Source: Gammaproteobacteria bacterium
GTDB lineage: Bacteria; Pseudomonadota; Gammaproteobacteria; UBA6429; Thiohalophilaceae
Assembly: GCA_037384645.1 (NCBI GenBank)
Contig: JARRNT010000001.1
Coordinates: 27,616-91,615, forward strand
Direction of reading: 5' to 3'
Length of the DNA stretch: 64,000 nt
Part shown: positions 18,543 through 28,052 of the stretch, in pieces
How the letters are laid out: every line of letters starts with the position of its first letter
Position numbering within the stretch: the first letter of the stretch is position 1
Made by a program: the position numbers and the translations under genes
Notes under the pieces: model-generated
Database searches by the model: none
The model's input: only the letters and a program-made list of their open reading frames with translations
What the model was told of the DNA's origin: nothing

Positions 18543-18560
18543 ATAGGCAAAATTGCCTAT
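18543..18560. promoter_or_regulatory. inverted repeat ATAGGCAA-aa-TTGCCTAT between the TlpA-like and GGDEF-EAL genes
   Basis: 8-bp perfect arms, 9 nt upstream of the longest-ORF start of the GGDEF-EAL gene. Its function is unknown. Confidence 0.3.
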
Positions 18561-18592
18561 CCTTGGTGCAATACTGGAATTTTTTTCAGGTC

Positions 18593-19096
18593 TTACTGGG
18601 CTTTAGCCGCAGAATGAGTGTTGTTATTGATGAATTTTTCAATCAGGGCAGTAGGCACCGCGCCGGCCTGGGCGGCCATCAACTTGCCTTGCGGATTGTA
18701 GACCAGGAAAGACGGCGTCCCGACCCAGTCGCTGCCCGTCAATGACTGGTACAGATTCGCGATCTCCTGGGGCGCACCGACCAGGTTGGGAAACGTCACC
18801 TTATGCCGCTTGACGAATTCACGCGCCGCCAGCAATCCAGACTGTCCGTCTAGGCTGACGCCGATGATTCGCGCATCCTTGTTCTTGTGCGCATTGTTAA
18901 ACTGGATATATTGGTTGATTTCGGCATTGCAAACCCGACAATCAGAGGCCCAGAACATCACCACGGTCCATTTACCATTCCCGGTGAAATCCGACAGTTT
19001 ATGTGTTGCACCACTGAAGTCCGTCAGTGCAGCCCAGCTGGTGGACGCGATTAGCAGGCCAAGGACAATAAAGAAATTACGGGCCGTCTGTTTCAC
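18593..19096 (-). CDS. periplasmic thiol:disulfide oxidoreductase, TlpA/redoxin-like
   Basis: Signal peptide 'LGLLIASTSWAA'. The motif 'VVMFWASDCRVCN' places a CxxC in a thioredoxin-fold context. Confidence 0.8.
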   Translation of the reverse strand: MKQTARNFFIVLGLLIASTSWAALTDFSGATHKLSDFTGNGKWTVVMFWASDCRVCNAEINQYIQFNNAHKNKDARIIGVSLDGQSGLLAAREFVKRHKVTFPNLVGAPQEIANLYQSLTGSDWVGTPSFLVYNPQGKLMAAQAGAVPTALIEKFINNNTHSAAKAQ

Positions 19097-19198
19097 TCCG
19101 GATACCTCTTGTATATAGTTGTTAGTAAGACTCGTTTGAGATTACCGAGTTCATTACGGATTATACGCGACACAGCCGCAGCGGGAAGTTTATTTATC

Positions 19199-19609
19199 AT
19201 GGAATATGCCACACCCGACGAAGCCGAAGATGCCTTCTACGACGCATTCTCCCGCTGCGACCTGGATGCCATGATGGCGATCTGGATGAACGCGGATCAT
19301 ATCGAGTGCATCCATCCCGGTGCAGCCCGGTTACAGGGGATGGCGGCAATCCGGTACAGCTGGCAGCAAATTTTTAACCAGGGCGAGCACCTGCACTTCC
19401 AGATCATACGTCATCACTGCACCCAGGCCGGCAATCTGGCGATCCATAGCGTGAGCGAACAGATTCAGTCCGGTGACGCCGCGTCCACCATGCATGCCGA
19501 AGTCATCGCCACCAATATTTATGAACTTACCAACGAAGGCTGGCGAATGATCCTGCACCATGCCTCGCCTGCCCAGGTCAGTCGAACTACCGATTCTACC
19601 ATGCACTAG
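19199..19609 (+). CDS. SnoaL-like / NTF2-fold protein (DUF4440-like)
   Basis: 'DAFYDAFSRCDLDAMMAIWMNADHIECIHPG' is the typical N-terminal pattern of this fold. The start is placed at 'MEYATPDE'. Confidence 0.6.
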   Translation: MEYATPDEAEDAFYDAFSRCDLDAMMAIWMNADHIECIHPGAARLQGMAAIRYSWQQIFNQGEHLHFQIIRHHCTQAGNLAIHSVSEQIQSGDAASTMHAEVIATNIYELTNEGWRMILHHASPAQVSRTTDSTMH

Positions 19610-20310
19610 TCCGTGTCAAGACTCAGAATTATTGCCTGTGACGCATTGACGCTAAAGCGAATATTAAACGCGTAAACGCGCATACCATATTCGGCACGCT
19701 CGCGCTGATAGGCCGGGCGCGGATCCTGTGCCAGAAGTTCCTCAACCAGTACCTGCAAATCCGGATATTCGGTGCAGACCTGCGCCAGTTGTTGTTGTGC
19801 CCCGGGCGACCATGACACGCTCAATTGTCTGGCTGGCTCATCCGGTGCGAAGCCGGCTCGTGCATCCGCTACGCTGTCGGTATACGGCAGGTAGGGTTTG
19901 ATATCGATCACTGGTGTGCCATCGACCAGGTCGCAACCACTGACCGACAATATCAGTCGACCCTGCTCACGTGTGATGCCCTGCAGGGCACACAAGGACA
20001 GGCCAATCGGATTCGGTCGGTATGGCGCGCGACTGGCAAACACCCCGACGCGATCGTTGCCACCCAGGCGAGGTGGACGCACCGTTGCCTGCCAGTGATC
20101 GCGCAGATGCATATGAAATACACTGAGCAGCCAGATGTGCGAGTAACCGCTGAGTTCGCGAAAGGCCTCATCCCGATCATAGGGTGGCAGGATTTCGATC
20201 TGGCATTGCAGTGACTTGACCAGTCCGGGCTGGCGCGGCAAACCGAATTTTTCCGTGAGTGGTGAATGCACCCGGGCGATGCTCTGGAATGTCCAGGTTT
20301 GCGTCGTCAC
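19606..20310 (-). CDS. trmO: tRNA (m6t6A37) methyltransferase TrmO (YaeB/TsaA)
   Basis: Collinear with E. coli YaeB, including 'KFGLPRQPGL', 'TVRPPRLGGN', 'RPNPIGLS', 'DLVDGTPVIDIKPYLPY' and 'LAQDPRPAY'. Confidence 0.9.
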   Translation of the reverse strand: MTTQTWTFQSIARVHSPLTEKFGLPRQPGLVKSLQCQIEILPPYDRDEAFRELSGYSHIWLLSVFHMHLRDHWQATVRPPRLGGNDRVGVFASRAPYRPNPIGLSLCALQGITREQGRLILSVSGCDLVDGTPVIDIKPYLPYTDSVADARAGFAPDEPARQLSVSWSPGAQQQLAQVCTEYPDLQVLVEELLAQDPRPAYQRERAEYGMRVYAFNIRFSVNASQAIILSLDTD

Positions 20311-20314
20311 CGTC

Positions 20315-21508
20315 TTACAGGCGCATGCATAACACGGATTTTATCTCATCGTCCGTAAGCACGATGGGATTGGTTTTCATGCTACTGCCACGCGCATTGG
20401 CAACCACCTTGTCGAGACCCGATTCTTCCACGCCGAACTGCTGCAAGCGCGGTAACTGCATGCGTTCGGTCCAGTCCCGCAACAAATCCAGCAAGGCCTG
20501 GCGTGCGGCCTGAGCCGAGCCATGGCGACGCTGGCACAACACCTCGCCCAGACGCGCATATTTTGCCAGGGCGAGATTATCCGCTTCCCGCGCCAGCATG
20601 GCGGCAATGTTCACCTCGCTGGCTGCCGCCACCAGTGTCCCGCAAACAACGCCATGGCCAATGGGATAGTACGCGCCCAGTGGCGACGCCAGCCCGTGGA
20701 CCGACCCCAGCCCCACCTGGGCCAGCGTAATACCGGAGAGTAGCGCGGCATAGGCCATTTGCGCCCTGGCCTCGTGCGCCCCCGTCGGGTCCTGATACCA
20801 GGCCAACAGGCCATCGCGCACCGCCCGTAAGCCGCTGATGGCCAGTGCATCGGTCATGACATTGGCACGCAGCGAGACATAAGATTCCATCAACTGGGTC
20901 AGGGCATCCATACCGTTGGCCGCAATCAGCGGCGGACTGCAGCTGGCCAGCAGGTCCGGATCCACGATGGCATACTCTGCCACCAGCTTGTCATGGCGAA
21001 AGGATTTTTTGAAACCTTCAGGGCCCTGTACACTCAGGACTGCATTCTTGGTGGCTTCGCTGCCGGTGCCCGCGGTGGTTGGCACCGCAATAAACGGTAC
21101 CGCCGGTCCACTGTAGGGTAATTCGGGACCGACACCTTCGAGATAATCCATGACACTGTTGCCGACGCGCAGCAAACCGGCAATCGCCTTGGCCGCATCC
21201 AGTACGCTACCGCCGCCGATACCAAGCACCACATCAACCGGTTCACTGGCAAATTCACGCACCTGTTGGTCGATGAAATCTGGCGAGGGCTCACCGTCGA
21301 TTCGCGTGTGCCTGCAATGCAACTCCAGTTGTTGTAGCTGGCTACGGAATCTGTCCCAGTGCTGGCTTTGCTCAAAGGATCGGCTACCCGTTACCAGCAA
21401 CACATGTTTGCCGAAACCCGCACAAATTTCTGCCGCCCTGGCGAGTGTACCTGCACCGAATTCAATACGTGGCAATCTGGCAATCGTGAAAGGCGAATAG
21501 GAATGCAT
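20315..21508 (-). CDS. iron-containing (group III) alcohol dehydrogenase family protein
   Basis: 'VVLGIGGGSVLDAAKAIAG' and 'FIAVPTTAGTGSEATKNAV' are Fe-ADH signatures. The start is placed at 'MHSYSPFT'. Confidence 0.85.
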   Translation of the reverse strand: MHSYSPFTIARLPRIEFGAGTLARAAEICAGFGKHVLLVTGSRSFEQSQHWDRFRSQLQQLELHCRHTRIDGEPSPDFIDQQVREFASEPVDVVLGIGGGSVLDAAKAIAGLLRVGNSVMDYLEGVGPELPYSGPAVPFIAVPTTAGTGSEATKNAVLSVQGPEGFKKSFRHDKLVAEYAIVDPDLLASCSPPLIAANGMDALTQLMESYVSLRANVMTDALAISGLRAVRDGLLAWYQDPTGAHEARAQMAYAALLSGITLAQVGLGSVHGLASPLGAYYPIGHGVVCGTLVAAASEVNIAAMLAREADNLALAKYARLGEVLCQRRHGSAQAARQALLDLLRDWTERMQLPRLQQFGVEESGLDKVVANARGSSMKTNPIVLTDDEIKSVLCMRL

Positions 21509-21512
21509 GTAA

Positions 21513-21806
21513 TTAACTCGGGAACAGGCCGTTATATGTGATCCCCTGGCGCGGCTCGGCCATCCAGTCTGCCACCGTATCACGCCACGATAAATAATGC
21601 CCTGTCTGCTTGTGGGCGACTGCTGACTCTTCGCTGGCATAGGCCTCATAGAGCACAAAATGCGTCGCATCATCCCTCGACTGAATCACGTCAAAGCGCA
21701 GATTGCCCGGTTCACGCACTGAGGCTTCGTGATTCTTACGCGTCGCCTCAATAAAATCCTCGACAAATTCCTGTTTGACATGCACATGCACAATGGCTAC
21801 CTGCAT
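21513..21806 (-). CDS. ABM-domain (antibiotic biosynthesis / quinol monooxygenase-like) protein
   Basis: 97 aa. 'EATRKNHEASVREPGNLRFDVIQSRDDATHFVLYEAYASEESAVAHKQTGHY' is typical of the ABM fold. AAGGA lies 8 nt upstream of the ATG. Confidence 0.75.
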   Translation of the reverse strand: MQVAIVHVHVKQEFVEDFIEATRKNHEASVREPGNLRFDVIQSRDDATHFVLYEAYASEESAVAHKQTGHYLSWRDTVADWMAEPRQGITYNGLFPS

Positions 21807-21894
21807 GATCTGATCCTTCTCAACGTGAGTGTCTCTGACTGCGGCAGTATACTCACTTGCCACAACACCGCAATTATCCGACCCGGATCTCACA

Positions 21895-22476
21895 ATGTAT
21901 GTTTATTTGCATGGCTTCAATAGTAGTGGCGCCTCAGCCAAGGGTGCGTATCTTGCCAAAGCCCTCGCACCCGACACGGTACTGACACCGAGCTATCCTC
22001 CTGACCCTGATCACGCCATCCAGAGTCTGAACCAGCTACTCAACCAGCTACGCGACACCGCACCGATCCTGATCGGCTCGTCTCTGGGCGGCTATTATGC
22101 ACAGTACCTGTCTCAGCAACGTCAACTTTCGATCGTCTTGATCAACCCGGCACTGGAGCCACAGCAAACCCTTGCGCCTTACCTGGGCTGGCAGACGAAC
22201 TACTACTCCGGGGAACGCTACTGGTTCGGCCAGGCCCAACTGGACGCCCTGGCCCGTTACGCTGTATCCGAGCCATGCACAGGCTCCGCCGCTCGCCTGC
22301 TGTTACTCGACAGCGGCGACGAACTGATCGATTACCGTGTCGCCGCATCACGCTATGCTGCCTGCGCCGAGTTGATCATCTACCCCGACGGCAATCACCA
22401 GTTTGCCCACCTGCCCGAGGCCGCGCTGGCGATTCGCACTTTCCGGGAAAAATTGCGATCAAATCCCCAGATTTAA
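21895..22476 (+). CDS. yqiA: esterase YqiA family (alpha/beta hydrolase)
   Basis: 'MYVYLHGFNSSGASAK', 'LIGSSLGGYYAQYLS' (nucleophile elbow) and 'GDELIDYR...GNHQF' run parallel to E. coli YqiA. Confidence 0.8.
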   Translation: MYVYLHGFNSSGASAKGAYLAKALAPDTVLTPSYPPDPDHAIQSLNQLLNQLRDTAPILIGSSLGGYYAQYLSQQRQLSIVLINPALEPQQTLAPYLGWQTNYYSGERYWFGQAQLDALARYAVSEPCTGSAARLLLLDSGDELIDYRVAASRYAACAELIIYPDGNHQFAHLPEAALAIRTFREKLRSNPQI

Positions 22477-22669
22477 CAGAGTTTTACAGATTAGCCGCTG
22501 TAATGAAGACAAACAGTTACAGCATAAATTTGATTAATTAAGTCACTTTGCTAGTATAACATTATGTTTAGTATGCACTTTAACCTGCAAGGCAAAGCAG
22601 GCAACAATTGTGTACCTCTATCCTGTAACTGGCTAGAATTAATAAAAATAGGGCGGGAGCTTGCACTAA

Positions 22670-23140
22670 ATGGAACGTAAAACCTTTTTCAACAACCTGT
22701 TTTCACGCAGCACCTCCGGTGTTGAACGCCGCAGCAAACCCAGGCAGCCAAAGTCGCGCGTAATCAAGGTTCTGGTCGTCGACGACTCTCGTACGGTCGT
22801 GCACAGTCTGCGGACGGTACTGGAACAGGATGGCTATTACGTGATGGAGGCATACGATGGCATGACGGCAATCGAACTGGCCAAGGCCCATCAGCCCGAT
22901 CTTATTCTGATGGATGTGATTATGCCCGGCCTGAATGGCTTTCAGGCAACCCGTAAAATTCGCAAGGACCCGGCCACGCACACAATCCCGATCATTATCA
23001 TCAGCGCCACCGAGCAACCCACGGAACAATTCTGGCTCACCAAACTGGGCGCGAATGATTTTCTGGGCAAGCCCATCAATCGCGGCGATTTGTTTAACAA
23101 AGTGGAAACTCAGCTCTATCCTCGCCAGGTCGTGGCCTGA
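22670..23140 (+). CDS. single-domain response regulator (CheY-like receiver)
   Basis: 'VLVVDDSRTV...PDLILMDVIMPGLNGF...PIIIISAT...KLGANDFLGKP' shows an intact acidic pocket, phospho-Asp, Thr/Ser and Lys. Confidence 0.85.
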   Translation: MERKTFFNNLFSRSTSGVERRSKPRQPKSRVIKVLVVDDSRTVVHSLRTVLEQDGYYVMEAYDGMTAIELAKAHQPDLILMDVIMPGLNGFQATRKIRKDPATHTIPIIIISATEQPTEQFWLTKLGANDFLGKPINRGDLFNKVETQLYPRQVVA

Positions 23141-23327
23141 GGACGACAGGCTTAATCGCTTAACTCTGCACTGTAGGTGCAAGATACCCCTGAAGACGAC
23201 GGGGTCATTGTCAGTAATACTATTGCATTAATCCCCTATAATAATTAACGGCTATGGTAAAATTTGCGTTTGTGGCGGCAAGCGCTGGTCTTTATCGCCA
23301 CATTTCCGGCTAAGAGGTATATCTTCC

Positions 23328-24215
23328 ATGGCTGCACGTTATTGCCACGCGATATTCGCTGTATTCAGTCTCGCCCTGCTCCTGCCGCCCCAACCGGCTC
23401 TGGCCGCGACAGCGAAACACACACTGGCCTGGGCCGGCTGCGGCATCACCAAGAAGGCCTTCATGTCTCAACTTGCCAGTGCCTACCAGAAGAAAACCGG
23501 GATTAAAATTGTGCTCCACGGTGGCGGTGCCACGCGAGGTATCCGCGATACGATGGCCGGACGCGTTGATATGGGTGGCAGTTGCCGGATGACCCTGCCC
23601 AGTTCCAACCGCTCCGAACTATATGCCCAGCTTTATCCCGTGGCATGGGACGCGCTTGCCGTAATCGTCCACAAGTCCAACCCGCTAAATAACATGACTA
23701 CCGCACAGATTCGTGCGATATATAACGGCAAGATTACCAACTGGAAACAACTGGGGCTGAACAACGCCCCAATACACCTGTACATTCGGCGCGGCAAGAT
23801 TTCAGGTGTCGGCTATGCCATTCGCCAGTATATCTTCAAGGACTCCAACAAAAAGTTCGTGACAAAAGCACGATACATCATGCATTCCTCCGGTCCACTG
23901 GAAAAGGCCATTGCAAAGGATCCCTTTGGCATCGGGATTACGGGCATCAGCTCGGCACGCAAACGTAACGTTAAAATCATGAGTATCGATCACAAGTCAC
24001 CAACTTACGAAAATGTGAAAGACGGCAAATATGTCTGGTATCGGCCACTCTATCTGGTTACCCGCCCTGACGCCTCCCAAACTGTCAGAAATTTTGTCAG
24101 CTTTGCTATGTCTGCTCAGGGGCGCGCCATTCTGAGACAAAACGGCACTGTCCCTTACCGTGACGCACCCAAGCTGATGAAAAAAATGCTGATCTACGGT
24201 TTTGATGTGCAGTAG
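23328..24215 (+). CDS. PstS-like periplasmic substrate-binding protein (PBP-like_2), orphan
   Basis: Signal peptide 'LALLLPPQPALAA'. 'HGGGATRGIRDTMAGRVDMGGSCR' and 'NGKITNWKQLG' resemble phosphate-binding-protein motifs. Confidence 0.7.
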   Translation: MAARYCHAIFAVFSLALLLPPQPALAATAKHTLAWAGCGITKKAFMSQLASAYQKKTGIKIVLHGGGATRGIRDTMAGRVDMGGSCRMTLPSSNRSELYAQLYPVAWDALAVIVHKSNPLNNMTTAQIRAIYNGKITNWKQLGLNNAPIHLYIRRGKISGVGYAIRQYIFKDSNKKFVTKARYIMHSSGPLEKAIAKDPFGIGITGISSARKRNVKIMSIDHKSPTYENVKDGKYVWYRPLYLVTRPDASQTVRNFVSFAMSAQGRAILRQNGTVPYRDAPKLMKKMLIYGFDVQ

Positions 24216-24224
24216 CGCAATTTG

Positions 24225-25304
24225 TCAGGGTTTATGCGGCAATGCCAGATAGTCAGCACTGGCCATTTCAATCAGACGACTGACCGTTCTGTCGAACACG
24301 CCTTGCAACAGGCGACCCTGATAGATTTTTTCCGGTGGCTGACAGGCACTGGCAATCAACTTGACCCGGTGATCATACAGAGCATCGATCAGATGCATAA
24401 AGCGTTTGGCCGCACTGTCCTGTGCATCCCCTAATTGCGGTATCTCGCTGACAAACACGGTCTGAAACTGGCAGGCAATCTCCAGATAATCCCTGGCAGC
24501 ACGGGGTGTGTCACATAGTTCATGAAATGCAAACCAGACGGCATCAGTTGTCAGTGCAATCGTCCTGATATCGCGACCGCATATCGGCAACGATTTATCG
24601 TATTCCGCCTTTCCCGCGGCCAATTCTGAAAACTTGTCAGCCATGTGCTGGTGGGAGGATTTATCGGCCTGCAGATAACTGCTGCCATCGGCCAGGTGCA
24701 ATAAGCGATAATCCTGTCCGGACTGCAAATCGATCTCGATCATGTGTTCCTGCAGTAATGTGATGGCCTGCTGAAACCGTTCACGTTGCAAACCATTACG
24801 ATATAGCTCGCTTATCCGGGTATTTGATGTTACTACCAGAGTAACACCATACCTGAACAAGGTACGCAGCAATCCTGCCAGAAGCATGGCATCAGCCACG
24901 TCGGTAACGTGAAATTCGTCCAGGCACAATACCCGGGTATGTGCAGCGAGGCGCTTGCCGATAATAGTGAGTGGATTTGGAGATTTGGGAAGGACCTTCA
25001 GCTGTTCGTGAATATCGAGCATGAATTTATGATAATGCACCCGCTGCCGGCTTACTTCCGAGAGTGAATCATAAAACATATCCATCAGATAGGTCTTGCC
25101 GCGCCCGACACTCCCCCACAGATAAATACCGGGAATTTTTCTTGGACCGCTGATCAGGCGGGAAAAAAGCTTACGCGTGGATCGGGTTTCCTGATTAAGC
25201 GCATCAGACAGGCATTGTAGCGAGGTGAGTGCTTTCTGCTGTATCGGGTCGGGCATAAACCCGTTGCTGCTTATATCGTGCGAGTAACGTTGCACCAGTG
25301 ACAT
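24225..25304 (-). CDS. zapE: cell-division ATPase ZapE (AFG1-like)
   Basis: Walker A 'YLWGSVGRGKTYLMD' and Walker B 'VLCLDEFHVTD'. The start is uncertain (25304, 25346, 25364 or 25415). Confidence 0.85.
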   Translation of the reverse strand: MSLVQRYSHDISSNGFMPDPIQQKALTSLQCLSDALNQETRSTRKLFSRLISGPRKIPGIYLWGSVGRGKTYLMDMFYDSLSEVSRQRVHYHKFMLDIHEQLKVLPKSPNPLTIIGKRLAAHTRVLCLDEFHVTDVADAMLLAGLLRTLFRYGVTLVVTSNTRISELYRNGLQRERFQQAITLLQEHMIEIDLQSGQDYRLLHLADGSSYLQADKSSHQHMADKFSELAAGKAEYDKSLPICGRDIRTIALTTDAVWFAFHELCDTPRAARDYLEIACQFQTVFVSEIPQLGDAQDSAAKRFMHLIDALYDHRVKLIASACQPPEKIYQGRLLQGVFDRTVSRLIEMASADYLALPHKP

Positions 25305-25501
25305 ACCCGGGTAAACCGGCACGGAGGCAAGCAAACCATTATCCATGTGTCCCAGCGCTTTCATGTCTGTGCCCAAAAGCTGCGCCACCAGGCGCCGTGA
25401 TATCCAGATATACACAAAAGGTAATAAAATTATGCGACAATCCGGTCGCCTTTGTCTAACTTAGCGGTTAGTTTCCAGACTTCTTGAGCCCGATTGAGAC
25501 C

Positions 25502-26044
25502 ATGCAAATCCTGTTCATGCGACATGGCCAGACCAACTATAACCTGTTCGGTCTGTGCAATGATGACCCAGGCCGTGATGTCTATCTGACCACCACCGGT
25601 ATTGCCCAGGCCGAAGCAGCAGCCGAACGCCTGCGCCAGACCCCACTGGATATGATTGTTACATCAGAATTACCACGCACACGCCAGACTGCAGAAATTG
25701 TGAATCGTTATCACCAGCTCGAACTACGGCAACATCCGGCGCTAAATGATATCCGCTCGGGTTTTGATGGACAGCCAGTCAGCGAATATTTTGCCGCCAT
25801 TGCCGCTGCCCCCCTGCATCTGGCGGTGAATGGCGGCGAATCACTGTTAAGCCATAAACAACGGGTACTGGGCTACCTTGATTGGCTCAGGCAACAGCCG
25901 GCCCAGGCTGTGCTGAGCATCGCACACGAAGAAACCCTGAGGGTATTCTATGCCTGGTTTCACAGGATCCCCGATGAAAGGTTGCGGGATTTACACTTTT
26001 CCAACTGCGAGGTCGTACAGTTCGAATTCAAAACCGGGACCTAG
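25502..26044 (+). CDS. histidine phosphatase family protein (phosphoglycerate-mutase-like)
   Basis: 'LFMRHGQTNYN' is the RHG motif, with the 'SELPRTRQTAE' and 'IAHEETLR' segments. Confidence 0.8.
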   Translation: MQILFMRHGQTNYNLFGLCNDDPGRDVYLTTTGIAQAEAAAERLRQTPLDMIVTSELPRTRQTAEIVNRYHQLELRQHPALNDIRSGFDGQPVSEYFAAIAAAPLHLAVNGGESLLSHKQRVLGYLDWLRQQPAQAVLSIAHEETLRVFYAWFHRIPDERLRDLHFSNCEVVQFEFKTGT

Positions 26045-26637
26045 AGTATTTTACAGGCTTCGTCAAAATCGAGCCGTGGCCCGCGCGGATACAGTTTGCT
26101 GTCGTCACCGTAACCGATAGCACAAATAAAATTCGACTTTATCTTGCCGTCGGGAAAAAATGTGGCATCCATCTTGTCGAAGTCAAAGCCTGTCATCGGT
26201 CCGGCGTCCAGCCCCAGGCTGCGCACAGCCATAATCAGGTAAGCCCCCTGTAAAGAACTATTGCGATAAACTGCACTCTGTATCTTTTCTGTTTTGCCGA
26301 TAAACCAGCTGGGCGCTTCCGGTTGATGTGGCCATAACTTGTTTAACTTCGTATAGAACTCCAGGTCCATTCCAACCAGGGCGACAACTGGCGCGGTCAT
26401 GGATTTATCGATGTTACCTTCGTTCAGGCAAGCCTTGAGACGCTGTTTGGCCTCCTGGCTTTTGATGAACAGGATCCGGGCCGGGCAGGCATTCGTAGAG
26501 GTCGGCCCCATCTTCATCAGGTCATAGAGCTCATGTAATTGCTGCTCAGTCACATCGCGATCCTGCCAGCCGTTATGGCTACGCGCATCACGAAACAACT
26601 GATCCAGCACCTGATCTGATAAAATTTGTTTTGACAT
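26041..26637 (-). CDS. RutE-like nitroreductase-family protein (malonic semialdehyde reductase family)
   Basis: Collinear with E. coli RutE, including 'ARSHNGW', 'MKMGPTSTNACPARILFI', 'NSSLQGAYLIMAVRSLGLDAGPMTGFD' and 'KSNFICAIGYGD'. Confidence 0.8.
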   Translation of the reverse strand: MSKQILSDQVLDQLFRDARSHNGWQDRDVTEQQLHELYDLMKMGPTSTNACPARILFIKSQEAKQRLKACLNEGNIDKSMTAPVVALVGMDLEFYTKLNKLWPHQPEAPSWFIGKTEKIQSAVYRNSSLQGAYLIMAVRSLGLDAGPMTGFDFDKMDATFFPDGKIKSNFICAIGYGDDSKLYPRGPRLDFDEACKIL

Positions 26638-26663
26638 TATTACTCCAGCTAATTTGTTATGTA

Positions 26664-27173
26664 TTAATCAAGTTCCGCAGGACGGATAATCTGCATCAAT
26701 TCCCCCTTGCCAGCCAGTTCCTTCCAGTCATCCGGCAGCTTGAACCTCACCAGGCATGCTGTCGTCATCAATTTGCCGGAGTCGGTCAATGGCACTTTCT
26801 CCGAACTCAGGTGATTGACAAGATCATCCAGTCCAGGGTTATGCCCTACCAGCATAACTGAATTCTGCTCAACCGGTATGCCGCGCAGAAAAGCCAGCAG
26901 CGTTGATACACTGGCGAGATAAAGCATTTCTGCATAAACGATCCGTTCGTGAGGTAACTGTAGCTCCTTTTCGATTGCGTCCAGAGTTTCACGGGCACGA
27001 ACCGCCGTAGAACAATAGATCCATCCCGGATACAGATAATGTTCGCGTAGCCAGGCACCGATGCGTGGCGCATCCCTGCGTCCACGCTTGTTAAGCGGAC
27101 GTAGCTGGTCCTGACTTACGTCAGAACCCCAGTCTGATTTTGCATGCCGCAGAATAAATAATTCACGACTCAT
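26664..27173 (-). CDS. SixA-like histidine phosphatase
   Basis: 'LFILRHAKSDW', 'RPLNKRGRRDA', 'CSTAVRARETL' and 'MLVGHNPGL' are histidine-phosphatase motifs. Confidence 0.7.
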   Translation of the reverse strand: MSRELFILRHAKSDWGSDVSQDQLRPLNKRGRRDAPRIGAWLREHYLYPGWIYCSTAVRARETLDAIEKELQLPHERIVYAEMLYLASVSTLLAFLRGIPVEQNSVMLVGHNPGLDDLVNHLSSEKVPLTDSGKLMTTACLVRFKLPDDWKELAGKGELMQIIRPAELD

Positions 27174-27206
27174 GGCTTTTCTACAGGACTCCCTATTCGG
27201 CTTATT

Positions 27207-28052
27207 TTAATGCAAGGATTTGTGCTGGGTTTGCAGGGAATCAAGCAGGGCTTCGATAACCCCACGTTCTTCTGCATCCGGAACCAGTTTCAGATACAGG
27301 GTCAGATCATTAATCGCCCCCTGGGTATATTCAATATGCTGGTAAATCATGCCACGGTCGCGTAATTCATCCGGTGACTCAGGTAAAATCGACAGGATCA
27401 TTTCGATACAGGTCAGCGCCAACTCAACCTGCTGCGCCTCTATATATATCTGCTTTAAGTTACGCAACATACGCACAACGGTATCAGTATGGCTCGCCGG
27501 TTGCAGATTTCGCTCCAGCGCAGCTTCATCTATCACCTGTTGTGAGAATTGTTGCAGCATATCGCGTAACTGCTGATGATCAAGTACCTGTCCCTGGTTA
27601 AAAGGGTCAAGCACAATCTGTTTTTTTCCGTCACGTATACCAACCAAATAATGCCCGGGGAAACCGATACCAAAGGCATCAAGTCCGGCGGTCGTCGCCA
27701 GCTTGAGATATACGACAGCGAGCGCAATAGGAATACCGCGACGACGTTCCAGTACATGATTCAGCAGACTGTTATCCGGCAGATAATAATCCTTCCTGTC
27801 ACCAGCAAAACCAGAATCAACATAGAAATAGGTGTTGATTTCACGGATCCGTTCATTGACAGACATATCATCTGAAATCCGGCTATGAACCGCATCGGCC
27901 ATCGCTGCCAGCTGCTGCTCGTAAGCCTGCATATCCATACCGGATTCTAGCTCGGCAGCGATTAACAACGCGGCATGAGTTAAGTCCCACTGTTCCGGCG
28001 CTTGCTTCAACATGGCCTGCCAGGCCGCTCCCAGATTGACTTGCTTGTTCAT
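27207..28052 (-). CDS. SirB1/YchA-family protein (transglutaminase-like N-domain plus TPR-like C-domain)
   Basis: 'NSLLNHVLERRRGIPIALAVVYLKLA...GFPGHYLV' is followed by a TPR-like C-terminus 'DRGMIYQHIEYTQGAINDL'. Confidence 0.65.
   Translation of the reverse strand: MNKQVNLGAAWQAMLKQAPEQWDLTHAALLIAAELESGMDMQAYEQQLAAMADAVHSRISDDMSVNERIREINTYFYVDSGFAGDRKDYYLPDNSLLNHVLERRRGIPIALAVVYLKLATTAGLDAFGIGFPGHYLVGIRDGKKQIVLDPFNQGQVLDHQQLRDMLQQFSQQVIDEAALERNLQPASHTDTVVRMLRNLKQIYIEAQQVELALTCIEMILSILPESPDELRDRGMIYQHIEYTQGAINDLTLYLKLVPDAEERGVIEALLDSLQTQHKSLH

Noticed and set aside
19606-19609. Convergent genes sharing overlapping stop codons in a CTAG tetranucleotide. This occurs here and again at 26041-26044.
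   Set aside because: The overlaps are real but are a common consequence of compact convergent gene ends. There is no evidence of regulatory significance.
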